Part shown: positions 49,980 to 62,945 of the stretch, one piece after another
Numbering within the stretch: position 1 is the stretch's first letter
How the letters are laid out: each line of letters starts with the position of its first letter
From: Ostrea edulis
Taxonomy: Eukaryota
Direction of reading: 5' to 3'
Length of the DNA: 64,000 bases
Assembly: GCF_947568905.1 (NCBI RefSeq)
Contig: NC_079166.1
Coordinates: 36,704,001-36,768,000, forward strand
Program-made: the position numbers and the translations under genes
Notes under the pieces: generated by a model
Database searches by the model: none
Seen by the model: the letters and a program-made list of their open reading frames with translations, nothing else
Told to the model about the DNA's origin: nothing

Positions 49980-50779
49980 TAGCTTATCCCTCGACATATG
50001 TGTACCGACATGTATTGGCAATAATACATAAATCGTGACCTAAAGCTGTTGATATTATCATTCAAACTGATTTTGTTATCTGCATTGTTAATGTTAGTCG
50101 TGAGTCCTCGGCATTTGCCGTTGTCATATCAAACTTGTAAAATATGTGTTAACAAGGTTGTAATTTTTTTTACAATGATATTTATACTTGTTTCATCATC
50201 AATGCTCTTTCAGTATACATGTATGTAATGTATATATGGATTCTATTTCCATATAACCTTTTAAAATTTTGTAATAAATATTCAAATTTCGATTCCTTTT
50301 TTTTTCCACATCTGTTGATGACGTTATCTGCATCAAACAAAACCCTTCCTGTTTCAATCCACTTTCGATAGCCAGGGACCCCTGCTATTGATTGACAGGA
50401 AGTTACTTCGTGTAAATAAGGTCTGTGACGGGCAAACTTAACGCGATCTTGGTGTCACTGTCGCAATTACAAGTTGGAATTATCCTGAGAACGCGAGATA
50501 CTCTTGGAAACAAATCAGCATACAGTATAATATTTCGCAAAGATATCTTTCTTAATATGATGCATGACGTGGTCATTAATTTCCTGGTGAGTTTACGATA
50601 CTTTGTGCACTCTAATTGCCGCATTTAGTGCGCGAACACAAAGAAGAAACAAGACACCATATTTGCCACATGAGACTGCAGTCATAATCACGCAGATAAA
50701 ACTTCGAATATCATAAGTCTGTGTACTGGGGGTAATTTTCATTTTATGGTCAATAACCTACGTCCTTGAATTGCGATAA

Positions 50780-51340
50780 CTTTACTCTGTCGTGTCCGCG
50801 GAATGTTAAAATGCCACGCTGCTTTGTCCATAGTGTGTGATAAAGTCACGCTACAGTGTCCACAGAATTTGATAACGTCACTCTGTCGTGTCCAAAGAAT
50901 GTGAAAAAGTCACGTGGTCATGTCCGTGTTACTCCGTCCTATCCACAGAATGTGATAATGTCACGCAGTCGAGTCCGCAGAATGTGATAATGTCACGCAG
51001 TCGTGTCCACAGAATGTGATAATGTCCCTCTGCCGTGTCCACAGAATGTGATAATGTCACTCTACCGTGTCCACAGAATGTGATAATGTCACTCTGCCGT
51101 GTCCACAGAATGTGATAATGTCACTCTACCGTGTCCACAGAATGTGATAATGTCACTCTGCCGTGTCCACAGAATGTGATAATGTCACTCTACCGTGTCC
51201 ACAGAATGTGATAATGTCACTCTGCCGTGTCCACAGAATGTGATAATGTCCCTCTGCCGTATTCACAGAATATGATAATGTCACTCTGCCGTGTCCACAG
51301 AATGTGATAATGTCACTCTGCCGTGTCCACAGAATGTGAC
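50780..51340. repeat. 32-nt minisatellite, about 17 copies including degenerate ones
   Basis: Unit GTGTCCACAGAATGTGATAATGTCACTCTGCC with alternating GCC/ACC variants. Confidence 0.92.
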
Positions 51341-51389
51341 AAAGCTGCGTACCCTGAGCGCTAAGCATATGTCTAAATTTGCGGTACTT

Positions 51390-51462
51390 CACCTACCGCC
51401 GGTGACGTCTCAGTATAAGTGAAAAATTCTCGACGGGACGTAAAAATAACTCAATCAATCAA
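51390..51462 (+). mobile_element. SINE-like 3' tail (further tails at about 52277-52328 and 53350-53415)
   Basis: CCGGTGACGTCTC..TATAAGTGAAAAATTCTCGACGGGACGTAAAAA...CAATCAATCAATC. Confidence 0.7.
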
Positions 51463-53611
51463 TCCACTATAAATCAGTATAGTTGTATTACTATATCAAC
51501 CTCTCACCACAAACTTGCGGGGAACATGATATCTTATTTAGAGTAACAATCTCGTACTCAATTTAGAGATGAAAGGTGAAGAGAGGTAGATCCCTATATA
51601 TTAGTATGTCAAAGGTCAAGATTAGTCAGTCAGGTATTACAGTGTCATTTAACAAATAAATTTCAGTTTTGGAAATGCATGTATACGAGGAACGCTTCAC
51701 GTCGGCATGCTTCATTAGCGCTTCATGAAAAGCGTGAAGCATTGCAGTTCATGCCCTCATGATTTTCAAAAATAAAATTTACTATTTTATATTTACATTT
51801 TACAAAAATAAAATTTACTATTTTATATTTACATTTCACTTTCGTTTTCTGTTGATGTACCACCAGCCGTTGAAATAGATATGTTATTTTTATGAAGATC
51901 CATACGCGTATTGCTCCCAAGGACAATGTATTCCTCGGGAAATAGCTATCATTACAATAAGGAAAGATATCAAAGGCAAAAATTATTATTGTAAATATAT
52001 ATAAAGATGGTAAGTATGAAAGAAAGATGGTCTTTATTCCCGATTCAAGGTATTTTTGTTGGCCGTATTATTTATGACCAGCCATTGATTGCAACAATCT
52101 GATGCACATCATGCAAGGAGAGGTCGACCATGCCAGCTGCCGGTGTCTTCCTTGAGATAACTTTTGGATGGTAGATGAAGATTTGATTGATGGGTCAATG
52201 GTTAAGACTATAATGATATATACTTAGTACAATGGAGTAGGAAAAAGCTGTGTAGGTGCGAAGTGGGTGATTTAGAGTTCAAAGGTCAATTTCAAAACTG
52301 GTGACGTCTCTATATATATGAGTGAAATATTCTCGAATGGGACGTAAAAGAGCAGAGTTGGACCGTCATGTGGTAATTTCTGAATTTACTGGGTGGGTGT
52401 AAAAAACGAAAATTACAATTTAACAACATTTTTGTATTTACACCCACCCAGTAAATTAAAAAATAAATACGATATGACAATAGTAATGGACCGTTGTTCT
52501 GCTTTGCAGTGTTTATCAGCGATGTGATGACGTATTATATGTAGTATAGATATTATGGACTTCGATGTTGGGTCGATATGTCATGTTATATAGCTGATTC
52601 CGTAAATTCATCAATGATCAATCCCCGGTAACATTCACGGTCACGTGATTATTATTACATTAACAGGATATAACTCTCTCAATGCTATAATTTAACTGTA
52701 TTTAACCGAGATTATAAGTGATCAAGCGAGGACGATTGGTCAACAGAAACACATATCGACGTATGATATCAAAATCTCTAATTGCATGGATATGTTCGTC
52801 TATTTATATTTCTTCATCATTTCGTAGTTATCAAAGAGAAAACTCATAACTTTTTTTTTTTAACGTAAAAGCATTCCGATTTCTACCACTTTAAAACACA
52901 TTAGCGTTGCACTATCGCTATAAAAATTCAGTCCCGGTAGATAAAATAGTAAAAGTAAAAGCGAAAGTACAGCTACTACTTCAAACAAGCAGATTGTAGA
53001 ATACACTCAAATAAGTGTACTGACAGTTGGCCTGATCTGGGAAACCTGTTCTTGAGGATGAAGTCCCAAGTCGCAAATCGGTACGGGTCCACTATTTCTA
53101 TAATATTGTCACAGATGATTCTTACCCAACTTCTATAAAAATTCACATTGTATAAAAAATCCTAGAGAAATTCGATTTCCTGTAAAAATTTTACAAAATC
53201 CTACGGAATTTTTATCTAATTTTTTAAAGAATTAAATATAATCATCTCGTCGTAAATTATATTTCAATTTAGAGGAGAGAAAATTTGCAAAAAATAAAAT
53301 TTCGAAATCATGTGGGATGATGCTAAAATCCTAAAGGAATACCATACTATTTTCCGTCTCCGTATGGGTGAAAGGATCTCGAGAGAGACGCTAAATAATA
53401 TAGACTCAATCAATCTTATCATTCATGTACCATTAATGATTTATTTCAACAACAAATGAGCAAGGTGAACCAACCCTCCTACACTGTAAACATATCTGAA
53501 TCCGTCGTTGAGTTCCATGTACATATTCGACTTTCATATGTAAACATTTTTATATTAATCCCACGAGTACATAGAGTTGTTTTACATAAGTTTGATGTGT
53601 CGTGGTGAACT

Positions 53612-53684
53612 ATCGCTGCGCGTTAGATAATGTAAGCGCGCAGCGATTAAGGTAGCGTCTGCGCAACATTCCGATTACGCTACC
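53612..53684. other. Two adjacent GC-rich inverted repeats upstream of the TRIM-like gene
   Basis: ATCGCTGCGCG (53612-53622) pairs with CGCGCAGCGAT (53637-53647). GGTAGCGT (53651-53658) pairs with ACGCTACC (53677-53684). Confidence 0.7.
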
Positions 53685-53931
53685 CTGAGTAACTGATTGA
53701 TAAGAGGAAATGCGAGCCTGCTGGATTCACTGTGAAGGAAGAAGTGTAACTCTGAAATACTGTCATCTAATTAATTAACTAATCGTGTGTCCGTGTTAAA
53801 AGGTATACACAATTCTCTGAATTTAAATATTAACTGATCGTACACGTAACCACGTGTGTACAGGCACATATCAGTGTGATTGGCATTATCACGCGTGTAT
53901 CGTTAATTTAATCAACTGTGTGAACAAAGAC

Positions 53932-55587
53932 ATGGAAACTTCCGACAAATCCTGCGACATCTGTCACCGTATGAACTCTGTTGAACTTGCAACGTCACGG
54001 TGCATCGACTGCTGCGACGATTTATGTGAAAATTGTGCCAAAGCTCATCCCGCCAACCGCTTGTCTATGGAACACTGTGTCTTGTCATTAAATGATGTTG
54101 AAAAGGCGGACACTGGTTCGCAAATGGTCGGTTTCTGCGAAAAGCACACCGACCGGAAGCTGGAGGTTTATTGTTTTGATCATGAGCAAGCTTGTTGTTT
54201 GATGTGTGCAACTACTGAGCATAGAAAATGTGACGAGGTGGAGAACGTGGAGGAGTGTGCTAAACAATCCGGAGACGTGGAAGTGGAGAAATTGAAAGGA
54301 TTGCTTGAGAATTTGAAACAAGAATGTGCGGACGACACAGCTGTGATTTTTAAAAATGAGGAGAATTTTGGTGTTCAAGTTGGGGATGTCCATGCTCATA
54401 TACGATCGATAAAGGAGTCGGTGATGAGATTTCTGAATGAGAAGGAGACTGAATTTATAGAACAGCTGACGGACATGCAAAATGAGAAAAATACTGGATT
54501 TTCTGTTAAAGTTGAGATGTTAAATGACTTTCAAGCAAATATAGATCTTGATGTTGAAAAATTGAAGAATTATGACGGTAGAAATGAAGTGTCACTTTTT
54601 CTAGAAATGAAGCAAATTGAGAAGAATTACAAATCCTTAAGAGAAAATTTACAAACTGTACGAGCTGGTTATAAACGTGTTGATATGAAATTAGAAGATG
54701 CGAATTTCCTTACGCATATTCTTCTCGAACAGAACCCATTCGGCAAACTTATGGTTGAGGAAACTGTCGAAAAATCAAAGCCAGATTTATTGAACTCTGA
54801 GTTGGTTCTGACAAATGTTCTCGCAAAATCGGGATGTCGAATGACTGACGTTGAAGCTATTGGTGATGACCAAGTTCTCGCTGTTTGCGACAATCATAAC
54901 AGACTCCATCTCTTCAGCACCAGTGGTAACCTTGCCGCTGTCGGAAAGTTGTCCGGGAAACCGTGGGCCATGACGAAGACAGACCAAGAAACATCCGTTG
55001 CTGTTACCATTCGTTCACCCCAGTCAAGTATTGAGATTGTCAATGTGAAGGTCGACAAGAGTCCGACTGTATCTACAACGAAAATTATCAACCTCTCATT
55101 CAAGCCCAATGGCATCGTCTGTGACAATGGCACTCTCATCATATCCTCTACCGATGGTTTACTCCGCCACATCGACACCAGTGGGAATATTCTCAATACT
55201 GTCTCGGTCACGAAGGGTTACGTATACGGACTTTGCCTTCAGTCGAGACGTATCATTTACTCGCACCATACTGATAATGGAAAAGTTTATGCTATGTATA
55301 ATGATAAGTTGGGTTCCCAAGAATTCACTTTCGAACACGACAAACTCAGTTATCCACTGGGAGTTTCCTATGATTTACATGGTAATATGTACATTGTAGG
55401 TTGTAGTACCAACAATGTATTGCAGTTGAATTCAGACGGGGTGTTTGTAAGAGAAATTCTGTGTAAAGACAGAGATGAAGCTGTAACTAATCCTATGGGA
55501 ATCCGCGTGGCAGTCATGGGATCAGTCCCACGGTTGTTACTAACTTGTCAAAATGAAATCAGAGTGTATAATTTTGACTCTTACTGA
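53932..55587 (+). CDS. Intronless RING-less TRIM-like protein: two B-boxes, coiled coil, NHL-like beta-propeller, 551 aa
   Basis: B-box1 CDICHRMNSVELATSRCIDCCDDLCENCAKAH; B-box2 CEKHTDRKLEVYCFDHEQACCLMCATTEHRKC; a helical coiled-coil stretch; propeller repeats GKPWAMT, FKPNGIV, SYPLGVSYDLHGNMYIVG and NPMGI. The first ATG is at 53932; the track's 53854 start is GTG. Confidence 0.92.
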   Translation: METSDKSCDICHRMNSVELATSRCIDCCDDLCENCAKAHPANRLSMEHCVLSLNDVEKADTGSQMVGFCEKHTDRKLEVYCFDHEQACCLMCATTEHRKCDEVENVEECAKQSGDVEVEKLKGLLENLKQECADDTAVIFKNEENFGVQVGDVHAHIRSIKESVMRFLNEKETEFIEQLTDMQNEKNTGFSVKVEMLNDFQANIDLDVEKLKNYDGRNEVSLFLEMKQIEKNYKSLRENLQTVRAGYKRVDMKLEDANFLTHILLEQNPFGKLMVEETVEKSKPDLLNSELVLTNVLAKSGCRMTDVEAIGDDQVLAVCDNHNRLHLFSTSGNLAAVGKLSGKPWAMTKTDQETSVAVTIRSPQSSIEIVNVKVDKSPTVSTTKIINLSFKPNGIVCDNGTLIISSTDGLLRHIDTSGNILNTVSVTKGYVYGLCLQSRRIIYSHHTDNGKVYAMYNDKLGSQEFTFEHDKLSYPLGVSYDLHGNMYIVGCSTNNVLQLNSDGVFVREILCKDRDEAVTNPMGIRVAVMGSVPRLLLTCQNEIRVYNFDSY

Positions 55588-58500
55588 CTGTACTCCCTTA
55601 TGTCGAGATAAACAAACACTGTACAGGAATGGAAAATGCAGGACAGATCTATTGATCTTTACCTGTATAGAAATATCTGCCTAGCTTTTCCTGGATACCA
55701 CTTAGAATTTCCTATTTGTTCTGATTAAAATATTGGTTTTGCTACACATATAAGTCAAGACGGTTGATTTGTTTGTTTGTTTTTTAACAATATTTTATTG
55801 TTGTTTGTAGGGTTTTTTATTCATTCATTATGTTTGGTTCAATCAAATCAAGAAAAGTTTTATTTTATCTAGTTGCATGTATTTGAAGTGTTGAAAAGTC
55901 AATAAACTCTTGAGAAAGTAATTGAGATTTTTCAATTCTATTTTTTAATTTGCATTGTCAGACTGGTGTGCCGATTAATTGATAATTACTTTGAAATCGA
56001 ACAGAAATCCGGATAGAATATTTAAGAGTGTGTTTCTCGTCGATAACAAATAAAAACTGCAAGAAAAGATTAAAAATCAAAAACCATCAAAACTCGATAT
56101 TATGCTCCTAAAATACGTGGTTCACAAAACATGTTTCGGGTGATTTTTTTTTTTTAAGTTGATATACAGATGCAGCATCGACAGTAGGAAGATGTAACAC
56201 GCGTCTGTATGAATCATCGCAAAAAATTTGCTGCAAGAAAATAGCTGTTGAAGTTACTTTTCCTTACGGAGCGCATAATTTACGTAAAACATTTATACGA
56301 TTTACCAGACATCTTGCACAAAATTTTATATTTACATTTCCAATGTTTTTGCCTTTGATATCTTTACAAATTGTAATGATGATCATTTCTTCATGAATGC
56401 GTTGCATTTGTAAGCAATGCGCGTATAAATGCAGATATAGTACGCTGGAAATTCCTACAGAAACGAAAGCAAGAATGTAAATATAAGAAATAAATTTGAT
56501 TTTGGAAAATACATGAGGGTATGAACTTGCAGCGCTTCACACCTGCTGACTTTCATGAATTATGCCGGCGTGAAGCATCGCAGTTAATATCCTCATCTAC
56601 TCTCCAAAAATGAAGTTCGTTTCTTAATTATAATACAGGCACCCGAAGTATGGACATTACCCCCTTCCCCCCTTTTTCCCGGTCTATCCCATCCCTCTTT
56701 CGATTCATGTAATCGTTTTACGCTTTTTGTAAGCTTTAGAGATTGGCCTTCTACCGGTATTATATCGGGACCGAGAATTCACACATTTCAGAGAAATTAT
56801 TGCCACCAAAAAAATTATTTATTAAAAAAAAAAAGGGGGGGGGGTAGTAATATCGATCCATACTTCAGGTGCCTGCGAATTTTACATGTACATAAAAAAT
56901 TCAAGGACATGGGATGGAAATTAGTATAACTTTATTAATGACACTTGTATTACTGCTGTTTTGCACAGAACATTCTGGGTTCCCATTGATACGGGTAGTA
57001 AAGGTCAAAGGCCAAGGTTACCGGAGGAGAGGTATGCTGTTCAATGTGTTAAAGATATAAACCACACCTCTATCTATCTGTAAGCCATCGGAGGAAATGT
57101 TACCCCAAAGTACATGTACATGATAAAAGGGTTTCATTAAATTTTCATGTGAAAGGTGGTCAAGGATGAAGGGAAATTTCTTTGAAATGTTCACATTCAG
57201 AATCGGACGTACAGCTATGATGTTTTCTTTGTAGAAATAATGTTTTTCGAATTGTTAAGGTAACTCCATACTCGCAGTTTTATCTGATACAAGTTTAAAT
57301 TGTGTATTTATTTCCATTCATTAGAGTTAAAACTAACAAATTATCAAATAAAATACATAGATCATCACACTTTTTAAGATGTGAGACGTACATAATCAGA
57401 ATCATATATCACCGTCAGAAAATTGCAATTTTCATTAAACAGCGTTATCAAAATCTCATAAAAACTGGTTATGACGATATAGTAGTATTCATAACAATTT
57501 CATGAAACTGTATCTTCACAAAAATATACAAAATGTATGTAAAAAATAAAGGAAATCATTGCATAATAGACTTGATAAAGAAATCAATAGAAACAGAGTT
57601 ATTGCCCTTGGATTCAATATTTTGAAACGTATCATTGATTATTCATGTATAACTTAGACTTTTGAAATATTTTTTTTTTAACAAGATTTTTTACAATAAC
57701 TATAGGAAAAGACTCCAACAAAATTTATGTTCCTATCCTGCATAAATCTAAATAAATCATTTTGCAAGGAAGGAATGTTTGCGTGAGAAGATGTAAATGT
57801 TAACATGTACTCGGTGTTGTTGCGGAAGTACATCGGAACTAATATATAGTACAGTCAGTCGCACAGTCGAGGAAGACGAAAAGGGGAAATCCCTACTCAA
57901 ACGCAGAATAATTTTATATCAAATATGAAATATACTTAATCCAAAAGTGCATTGGCACTTGATATATGCATTGCAATTCTATAGTCGTTATTCAGTTCAA
58001 TCATATATATTCTAATACTTAGTAGAATTTCACGAATTTTAAGACAAAAATGTTTTTAAAAATGAATACGTCAATGTATTAAGTATTTTGATAAGTTTGA
58101 AGATATTGTGTTGTTCGTAGTTCTGAATAATAGATGAAATGACAACACAAGACAAAGCACATAAAACAGGACGGTGATAGTAAACTATAGACTCCAAATC
58201 CCCTCAGCCAGTTGTCGATTTTGGTTTTCCAGAAATTTTTTTAATGTATTAAATTGTTATAGTATTGTAGTACGTATTTGTGAAATATGTCATATCTTGA
58301 TGGAGCATAAACATTAAATCCATCAATTGTGTACTCAGCATAAAATGTCTGTCCACGAATTATGACAATTACATGTACATGTATAGTCCTACTTTACCCC
58401 GGATAACAGTTTAACAAACATGTAACTACAAGCCAACTCTGATGGTTGTTTTACGGAACATATATGTTCCGATTGCACCGGACCTAACAGGGTAGCACGT

Positions 58501-59296
58501 GACCGTAGAAATAGGAAGAAATGTTTATCGGATGCAACAATGTTTCATAAGCAAGAGATTTAAAAAAAAATGTTCTGTGTAGTATTTGAAAAACAGTTTT
58601 TAGTGTTCTTTATATATATTCATTTGTACATAGAAATTATTAAAACATGGTAACATATTCACCTCAGCAACGTCCAACAAAAGAAGTGATAATTTATATT
58701 GTTGATCATATCTTTTAAAAAATAGACGTCATTTTATTTGTGAAGTTGTATTGAGTCCTTGAAATGATAAACGACCTGCTTTACTTGTGTCAGTATCAAT
58801 ATTACATACATGTATATATATGTATATATACTTTTGATATATATACATATATATATATCGGTCATTTGCGGAAGGAGAAAAAATTCCGCCCAAGAAACAG
58901 TGGAGGGGTGTTGAAGACCGCAAAATGGAAAAACGTGATTTAAAAAAAATATCCACCAAAGACGGGAGGGGGTAGAGGGAGGCAACTCCCATCCCCTTCT
59001 AGATTTTTATTTCAATAGACTGAACATTTTTCTTCTTCTTTTTTGTTTGTTTGTTTGTTTATTTATTTGTGTGTGTGTGTGTTTTTTTTATTGTTTTTTG
59101 TTGTTGTTGTTTGGTTTGTTTTTTAATCACGCTTTAAAAAGTCGAGAGGATATGAACCGCGACATTTCACGCCGGAATAGTTTGTGTGATTTCTACTTCA
59201 GTGAAAACTACGTTTTGGCGGATATTAGTCTTACCCTGAAAGTGAAAGTACAAACACATTTATGTAAACAAAGTTAGTCTGCTTCAACCATCATCA

Positions 59297-60921
59297 ATGG
59301 TTAATCTGTTGAGTAGATTTATGACGAAGAAAGTGGCTTACCGGCTGCTCAGAAATTCATCTTTGTTTTTGAGGTATTTTTGTCATATGGTTTGATTTAC
59401 TCTGTAATAATAGTTCGGGGGAAGGGGGGGGGGGGGGGTCTTTCATAACAATGTGATTATCTAGTCTTTGACCTTCCCAAGTGGTTTATCATTCTCAGAC
59501 TGTATAGACCTATAGGTATTATTGCAATTATGCGCATTGTCATGGCATTCATAGTTTAACTACAGACTTATATACAACTTGATTTTAATTTTTTGTAACC
59601 AGGTATAAACATGCGCACGTTATCAGTTTTTATTATCTGATAAATTTTATAATTATACACATGTACGTGGCAAATCCCTGTGGTTTGAGTGTCAAGAAGC
59701 CTATATATCTTTATTTTTTTCTATAAAGAATAGGCTCTCGACCAATGTCAGGAAAACCAGACCATCTTCAGAGAACAGCAGATAATGCAAGGCATGATGT
59801 AAGTTAATTTTTCCTACTTACATACACAATGTAGGCCTAGGTCAAATGCACCTTTATAATCCCAAGATGCTGTACATGACAAATGTCTCATCATATCAAT
59901 AGATCTGATATAACATGTAATTATCGAATTTAAATTTTTCATGGCAGTGTAGTAATTAGGGCTATACGGACCGTGGATATCGGCCTGGGTAGCTCAGTGG
60001 TTAGAGCACCTGACTAGTAATGCAGGGGTCCCGGGTTTGATTCCCGGTCCAGCCACAGATTTTCTCCTCTCTCCTTTATATACTACAGCAGTTACAGGAC
60101 TTGGAAGGTTGTTGTGGTCATGTTTTATTAGTAGGCAAGGTTGGACAATTCATTGTGTTTGATACACATTTAATGATAGCTGCAGTTTGGTAACTTCTAA
60201 GTTGTAAATGTATGGATGCCATACTGGTCCGACCAGGAAGCAATGGAAACTGCAGCTAACTTAAAGTTTAAAACTTTGGGGCAAATATTGCCCACTTTAA
60301 GGGCGATATCAAAAGATATCAAAAGTTCATTGTCTGACAAAAAACTAAATTCACATAGTTTTCACAAAGACCCCCCCCCCCCCACCTCCCCCCTTTTAAA
60401 ACTAAATATGATGGATGTTGAAACTAATCGATTAACAAGTATAAACATACGATTTTAAATAACACTCTGCATACCTTTTCTACTGTTTATTCACCGATGA
60501 AAGTGCGCATTAAAACTATTAAATGTTCATTAAAATGTAATATTAAAATGTGGTTTTGAACAGTTGCTTGCCTTTTTTTTCTTTTTCCATAAAGTGTAAT
60601 CAATGTCCGATTGTCGGATGACAGAAATCTTATCCCTTCTCCCCATACTGAATTTAGATTTTTATCCGACATCGATCTTTGATCTCGCCCCTAAGTAGAA
60701 TCTGTTGCCTCACTTATTAAGGTTGGGACTAACGACAAGTGCCCCTTTTGGAGTTTAGTTTATTTAGAAGTTTATTTACTGTAATCATTATTGTGATTTA
60801 TTTTACAGATAGTTTCTGTTGCCACGGTTATAGGAATGAGGGATGAGTCGACAACAGTGAAGGCTCTTCGACTTAAAGTACATGAAAAATCTTTGTCTTT
60901 TAAAGCAGGGCAGTGGTATGT

Positions 60922-60971
<50 letters not shown>

Positions 60972-62484
60972 GCTCTATGCAAAGACATACAACTGAAATG
61001 TGCTTACTTTACTTTATTCTGTAAATTTGGTGACTTAGATTTATGAAAGTTAGGGCCATGTTATCAGTAACTGAGATTTAGGTAGAGTGAAGCCCCATTT
61101 TATATGGATGCTTTGGTTCCTAGTGAAATCGTCCGAATAAGTGATGCATCCGGATAACTGAATTGCATTGATTTCTGATATACATGTATATTGCCTCTCG
61201 TACCAATGTCAATGAATAAGGTTTACTTCATTATATTAATATGTTTTATTGTGTTCAATATTATGATATGCATAAGTGCTGCTGCATAATAGTTATTCAA
61301 ATAAAATAAATACTACAGTACATATTATTTTACTTGGTTGGGAGTGTAGACATAATTGTAAATCATGCAAGAGCATCCATGTACATGACTGACATTGGAT
61401 TGGATGCATGGCTGTTTATCTGTCCATATAGACAATCCCAAGCTAATTTCTAATGACTGACCACCCCCTCCCCCTCCCCTACCCAAGTGAATTGATAAGC
61501 AGTCATATCTTTGAAATTAGATGGGTGAGCTGTATGTAAAGTCCCCTTTTCAGGGATTTTTTAAGGCTCATTTTGGGTCAGAATTTCAGCCCTTTCCCCT
61601 CCTAAAAATTGCCAATGTTTTCCCAATTTAGCTTGCATTTTTCCCAATAATAAAATTATGAAAGGAAAAAAATAAACATTTGATGTGAATTATATACACA
61701 AGACTTAACAAAGAGTTATGGGAATGATTTGGATAGAATTGTTAAAACTTTTAGAAGGTTAAAGAAAATTAGATGTGTAAGATAAAGATAATATAATGTT
61801 TGATATGAATTTAAAACTTATTTACGATAAAATTGATTTTTCCCAATTTGACTGAAATGTTGACAATTTTTCCCAATTCGAAAGCCACAGGACCCTTGTA
61901 AAAAATGTAGAAAAATCACTGCTTTTAATTTGAAGTTACAAAAAAATGTAACACTCATCCACAAGTGAACATCTTTTACAAGCAGAGTCCATATTTTTAC
62001 AACAATTTAAAACATCCAGCTCATGAAAAGCGTACCAGAGCTGACAGAGCATTTCAAAATTACTTTTGGAATAAATGAACCAAAATATATTACAAAAGTG
62101 CATTTTTGGGGATAGAATGACCATGCAGATCTGGAATGCATAATTCCAAATAAATGAGACAAAATAATGCTTAAAAAATTCATTTCCAAAAAATATCGTC
62201 CAGAAACTGAAGTGCCTGGATATCTGGTTTCTGGGTATATCTTAGGGTCCACTTTACTTGTAAATTTTGAATGTACTTGATAATTTAAATAAAATAAAAA
62301 AAATTCAGAATGATTGTGACTCTTCTCCGTTTAATTTGCCAGGGTGGACACATTTCTACCAGGTTTGGATAAAGTTGGGGGCTTCTCCATGTGTTCATCA
62401 CCAGGATCACTTCAAAGGGAGGGAACTCTGGACCTAGCCATCAAGTACAGCGAGCATCCTCCAGCAAAGTGGGTCCATGAAAAG
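59297..62484 (+). CDS. OXNAD1: Oxidoreductase NAD-binding domain-containing protein 1, 5' part (continues past the window)
   Basis: Exons 59297-59373, (59499-59515?), 59734-59798, 60809-60915, 62343-62484. Translation: ...DHLQRTADNARHDIVSVATVIG...[40 protein letters not shown]...LDLAIKYSEHPPAKWVH. This matches the FAD-binding region of OXNAD1. The N-terminus is Arg/Leu/Ser-rich and acid-free, like a mitochondrial presequence. Confidence 0.88.
59983..60055 (+). pseudogene. tRNA-Thr(AGT)-like sequence, probably a pseudogene or SINE head, in an OXNAD1 intron
   Basis: D-arm GCTC/GAGC, anticodon loop CTAGTAA and T-arm CCGGG/CCCGG are visible. However, the T-loop is TTTGATT, the acceptor stem has a C:C mismatch and the anticodon stem has an extra base. 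Confidence 0.7.
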
Positions 62485-62945
62485 GTGAGCCATGATAGAG
62501 CTCTGATATATGCCTCTCCATGATACAGTTCTAGCACTCTTAGTATCTAACAGCGTGAGCCAGAACTTCCAGTGGCTTCACCTTTCTGCTGGTTTTGTTG
62601 ATGTTTTACCGTGTAGCAGCTGCATGCTGATTTAGCACCGATGTTCCATTAGTACTTTTTCACCTGCCCACTAGACTAAGTACTGTGAGGTCGGTAGAAG
62701 TATCGTTAATATGTTGAGTCATTGAGCACTGCCACAGCTACTAATGGGCTAAAAAAAATTGACTTTTTTAGAACAGCTGCATGGAACATCACCAAATCTG
62801 GTACAAATGTTTGACATGTGCACATCGTCCTGAAGAAATGTTACAATTGAGGCTGTCAGGGCATCTGAGTAGCTGAGATAAAAGCCATTTTTGGATTACA
62901 GATTGTGAGGCGTATAATTAAGAAATGAATTTCATTTTTGAAAAT

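Noticed and set aside
53854-53931. 26-aa N-terminal extension of the TRIM-like ORF with Cys/His residues as a RING remnant
   Set aside because: It starts at GTG and the Cys/His spacing does not fit a RING. The ATG at 53932 directly precedes B-box1.
59983-60055. Functional tRNA-Thr(AGT)
   Set aside because: It has a T-loop/B-box mutation, an acceptor-stem mismatch and an anticodon-stem insertion, and no T-run terminator directly after. Kept as a pseudogene or SINE head.
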